NCBI GenBank assembly: GCA_036388555.1
Contig: DASVRP010000008.1
Span: 91,609-155,608, forward strand
Direction of reading: 5' to 3'
Source: Candidatus Saccharimonadales bacterium
GTDB lineage: Bacteria > Patescibacteriota > Saccharimonadia > Saccharimonadales > UBA4665
Length of the DNA: 64,000 bases
Of this stretch, positions 62,391-64,000 are shown one piece after another (position 1 is the first letter of the stretch; every line of letters begins with the position of its first letter). The notes beneath the pieces were generated by a model that saw nothing but the letters and a program-made list of their open reading frames with translations, did not search any database and was not told the DNA's origin. The translations under genes and the position numbers were made by a program.

Positions 62391-62606
62391 CTAGCGTAGA
62401 CCGAGCTTGATCTTCTTGAGCTTGATAGCCTTGCGCTCGTTGCGGATGATCGCCTTGCTGCGGCGGTCGCGCTTGCTGATGCCCTTTTCGAAATACTGAC
62501 CGGACTTGACGATAGCGATAGCGCCGGACTGCTGGACTTTGCGGTTGAAGCGGCGGAGCAGGTTCTCCGTCGATTCCTTACCGTCTTTGCGTGTAACTTG
62601 TATCAT
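62391..62606 (-). CDS. rpsU: 30S ribosomal protein S21
   Basis: 71-aa basic protein, MIQVTRKDGKESTENLLRRFNRKVQQSG...RRSKAIIRNERKA, a typical S21 sequence. Confidence 0.85.
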   Translation of the reverse strand: MIQVTRKDGKESTENLLRRFNRKVQQSGAIAIVKSGQYFEKGISKRDRRSKAIIRNERKAIKLKKIKLGLR

Positions 62607-62615
62607 ATCTGAGGT

Positions 62616-62644
62616 ATTCTAGCCTAACGGGGTGACTTTTGCAA
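62616..62644 (-). promoter_or_regulatory. Candidate rpsU promoter
   Basis: Minus strand reads TTGCAA (62644-62639), a 17-nt spacer, then TAGAAT (62621-62616). The -10 element ends 9 nt before the ATG, which implies a 2-3 nt leader. Confidence 0.55.
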
Positions 62645-62661
62645 GCCTCTCAATACACGGG

Positions 62662-62994
62662 TTATGGAGCGGCTACGATGGGAGCATCCGGATTGACTTC
62701 TTCCTGGCGGCGACCAGGAACGATGATCTGTGAGATGAGAATCCCACCGATTGCGATCCCACCCATTTTAAACACTGTTTTTTGACGCTCTACGTTATCG
62801 TCGCGAACTTCCGTAACCTGATCTGCTAACCCCTTTTGCCCGACAGATTCATATGCTTGTATCATCCCATTCTGGTGCGAAATGATTGTCTGCTCATACA
62901 TCGCAACCCCGCCTGATAATGCAGTACCTACTATTGAGGCTCCCATAACTCCATAACCTATTGATTCTCTTGATGATCGTAATGTATTTGACAT
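62662..62994 (-). CDS. Hypothetical membrane protein
   Basis: 110-aa ORF with Gly-rich hydrophobic segments. TGTTAATAT lies 6 nt upstream of the ATG. Confidence 0.45.
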   Translation of the reverse strand: MSNTLRSSRESIGYGVMGASIVGTALSGGVAMYEQTIISHQNGMIQAYESVGQKGLADQVTEVRDDNVERQKTVFKMGGIAIGGILISQIIVPGRRQEEVNPDAPIVAAP

Positions 62995-63039
62995 ACTTAC
63001 ATATTAACACTTTCTGTACCTATTGTCAATAGGCTTGTA

Positions 63040-63489
63040 CTAATGGAAGTCCGGCTTTTCCGGCTGCGTGGACCTATTTGCGGCTGTGCCTCGGTCAGCA
63101 GCTACCTGTCCGGCCGTAGCCTGCTTCTGCTTCCTCTCCCGTATGAACCGGGATAACAGGTGCAACAACGCGAACCAGAACACGAAGTTACTGATGATCT
63201 TCGGGATACTCGTCTGTACGGTCTCTATCTCGGCTTCCTTATATCCGGCATAACCGCCGGAGCTAGGATTGGTGTTGGCCGGGGTGAACTTCTCGACCTG
63301 TCGGTAGGTCGATGGGAAGCCATACGTATGGGTGGTGACATTACCGCGCATCGTCTCCGTGGCCGGGCAGCCGGCAGAATTGACACAGAACGGTACATTT
63401 TCCTGGGTATGCCAGCGGATGATCGCCAGGCTCAGTACGAGCGACAAAGCTGCCAGTACAAGGTATTTCTTGGTTTTGAACATATTCAT
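63040..63489 (-). CDS. Hypothetical membrane protein
   Basis: 149-aa ORF with N-terminal and central TM segments. TATACT lies 6 nt upstream of the ATG. Confidence 0.45.
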   Translation of the reverse strand: MNMFKTKKYLVLAALSLVLSLAIIRWHTQENVPFCVNSAGCPATETMRGNVTTHTYGFPSTYRQVEKFTPANTNPSSGGYAGYKEAEIETVQTSIPKIISNFVFWFALLHLLSRFIRERKQKQATAGQVAADRGTAANRSTQPEKPDFH

Positions 63490-63523
63490 ACAGACAGTAT
63501 ACGCCTAATTGTCGGGCTGCGTG

Positions 63524-64000
63524 TCAGTAGCTGTCGATCTGCTTGAGATATTCCATCAGCTTGCCGGCACCGAACATGCAGGTCTTGGCCTCATAGAAAT
63601 AGCCAGTGCGACCGTCGCTGAGCGGTTTGGTCAGTACCAGCTTCTCGCCGAACTGCGGCGATGTGTCGGCTTGCGGGTTGAAGCGCAGTGTGACATGCCG
63701 GCTGCAGGCCTGAAGAGCCGGTACCTTGTCAAATGCCTGCTGGAACGATTGCCCGCTGATGACCTGGGCCGAAGCTTGGTTCACGGTACCGCGGTCACTG
63801 ATGGCGACTTCGGTAGAGCTGTAATTATACTGGACCTGGAGCGGAGGGTCCTGCCCCTGGGCTGCGGCCGGCAGGACCAGTTTCGCCTCCGGTATATAGA
63901 CCTTGCCATTGGCGGGGTCGATGACGGCCGGCCGGAGCCCGTCCTGGACTGATTTGACGATCAGCGTCTTGATCTGCCAGCTGCCCGTCTCATCGGCATG
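63524..64000 (-). CDS. Hypothetical protein; 5' end lies beyond the window
   Basis: The minus-strand frame stays open from the window edge (HADETGSWQIKTLIVKSVQDG...) to the stop at 63524. The track shows only its GTG-initiated tail, 63524-63784. Confidence 0.5.
   Translation of the reverse strand, partial: HADETGSWQIKTLIVKSVQDGLRPAVIDPANGKVYIPEAKLVLPAAAQGQDPPLQVQYNYSSTEVAISDRGTVNQASAQVISGQSFQQAFDKVPALQACSRHVTLRFNPQADTSPQFGEKLVLTKPLSDGRTGYFYEAKTCMFGAGKLMEYLKQIDSY

Noticed and set aside
1-64000. Alternative genetic code (UGA or UAG reassignment, as in some candidate phyla).
   Set aside because: Long conserved genes (ileS, nrdJ, ftsZ, ftsA) read through cleanly under the standard code. TGA, TAA and TAG all terminate well-supported ORFs. 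The in-frame TAG at 13919-13921 sits in a gene with other independent lesions.

Overview
The window looks like a bacterial chromosome segment under the standard genetic code, since all three stop codons terminate long ORFs. It is moderately GC-rich, with one visibly AT-richer island at about 5.7-11.1 kb. I found no rRNA, tRNA or CRISPR array. The lineage cannot be proven from sequence alone. The gene content (WxL/DUF916-like surface locus, many LamG, GH16-like and dockerin secreted proteins, a compact housekeeping block) suggests a monoderm-type organism, possibly Patescibacteria/Saccharibacteria-like or actinobacteria-related; this is inference.

The content falls into five parts.

1. 0-5.7 kb, metabolic genes: a FAD oxidoreductase (partial), a zinc deaminase, a GH2 glycosidase and an aldose 1-epimerase.

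2. 5.7-12.0 kb, AT-rich accessory island:
- It is bounded by a 5'-truncated yoeB toxin remnant on one side and an IS5-family element with 21-bp perfect inverted repeats on the other.
- It carries four P-loop kinase-like genes, one of them fused to an APH-type kinase domain.
- These genes are organised as terminator / extended -10 / leaderless-start cassettes.

3. 12-39 kb, a dense array of secreted carbohydrate-active and adhesin-like proteins:
- Families present are GH16-like, GH71, a beta-helix protein, LamG repeats, a paralogous pair of TIM-barrel-like hydrolases, a metallophosphoesterase, and an esterase with discoidin and dockerin domains.
- Nine of these proteins share the same roughly 35-aa N-terminal cassette directly after the signal anchor.
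- Several genes are visibly decayed by frameshifts in homopolymers, an in-frame stop, or internal deletions.
- A DinJ/YafQ-type toxin-antitoxin pair sits among them.
- ileS, a GNAT gene and rplU are embedded in this region.

4. 39.6-49.9 kb, an eight-gene co-directional surface locus. It combines WxL-like secreted proteins, two DUF916/DUF3324-like membrane anchors, an Ig-like membrane protein and a 1303-aa fibre. This is my top candidate for an undescribed system.

5. 50-64 kb, housekeeping genes: a dockerin-bearing glycosidase, nrdJ, nrdR, ftsZ, ftsA, map, adk, a YqeY-like gene and rpsU.
- A perfect TGTGA-N6-TCACA palindrome lies upstream of a good ftsZ promoter.
- Several more leaderless-type promoters occur here.
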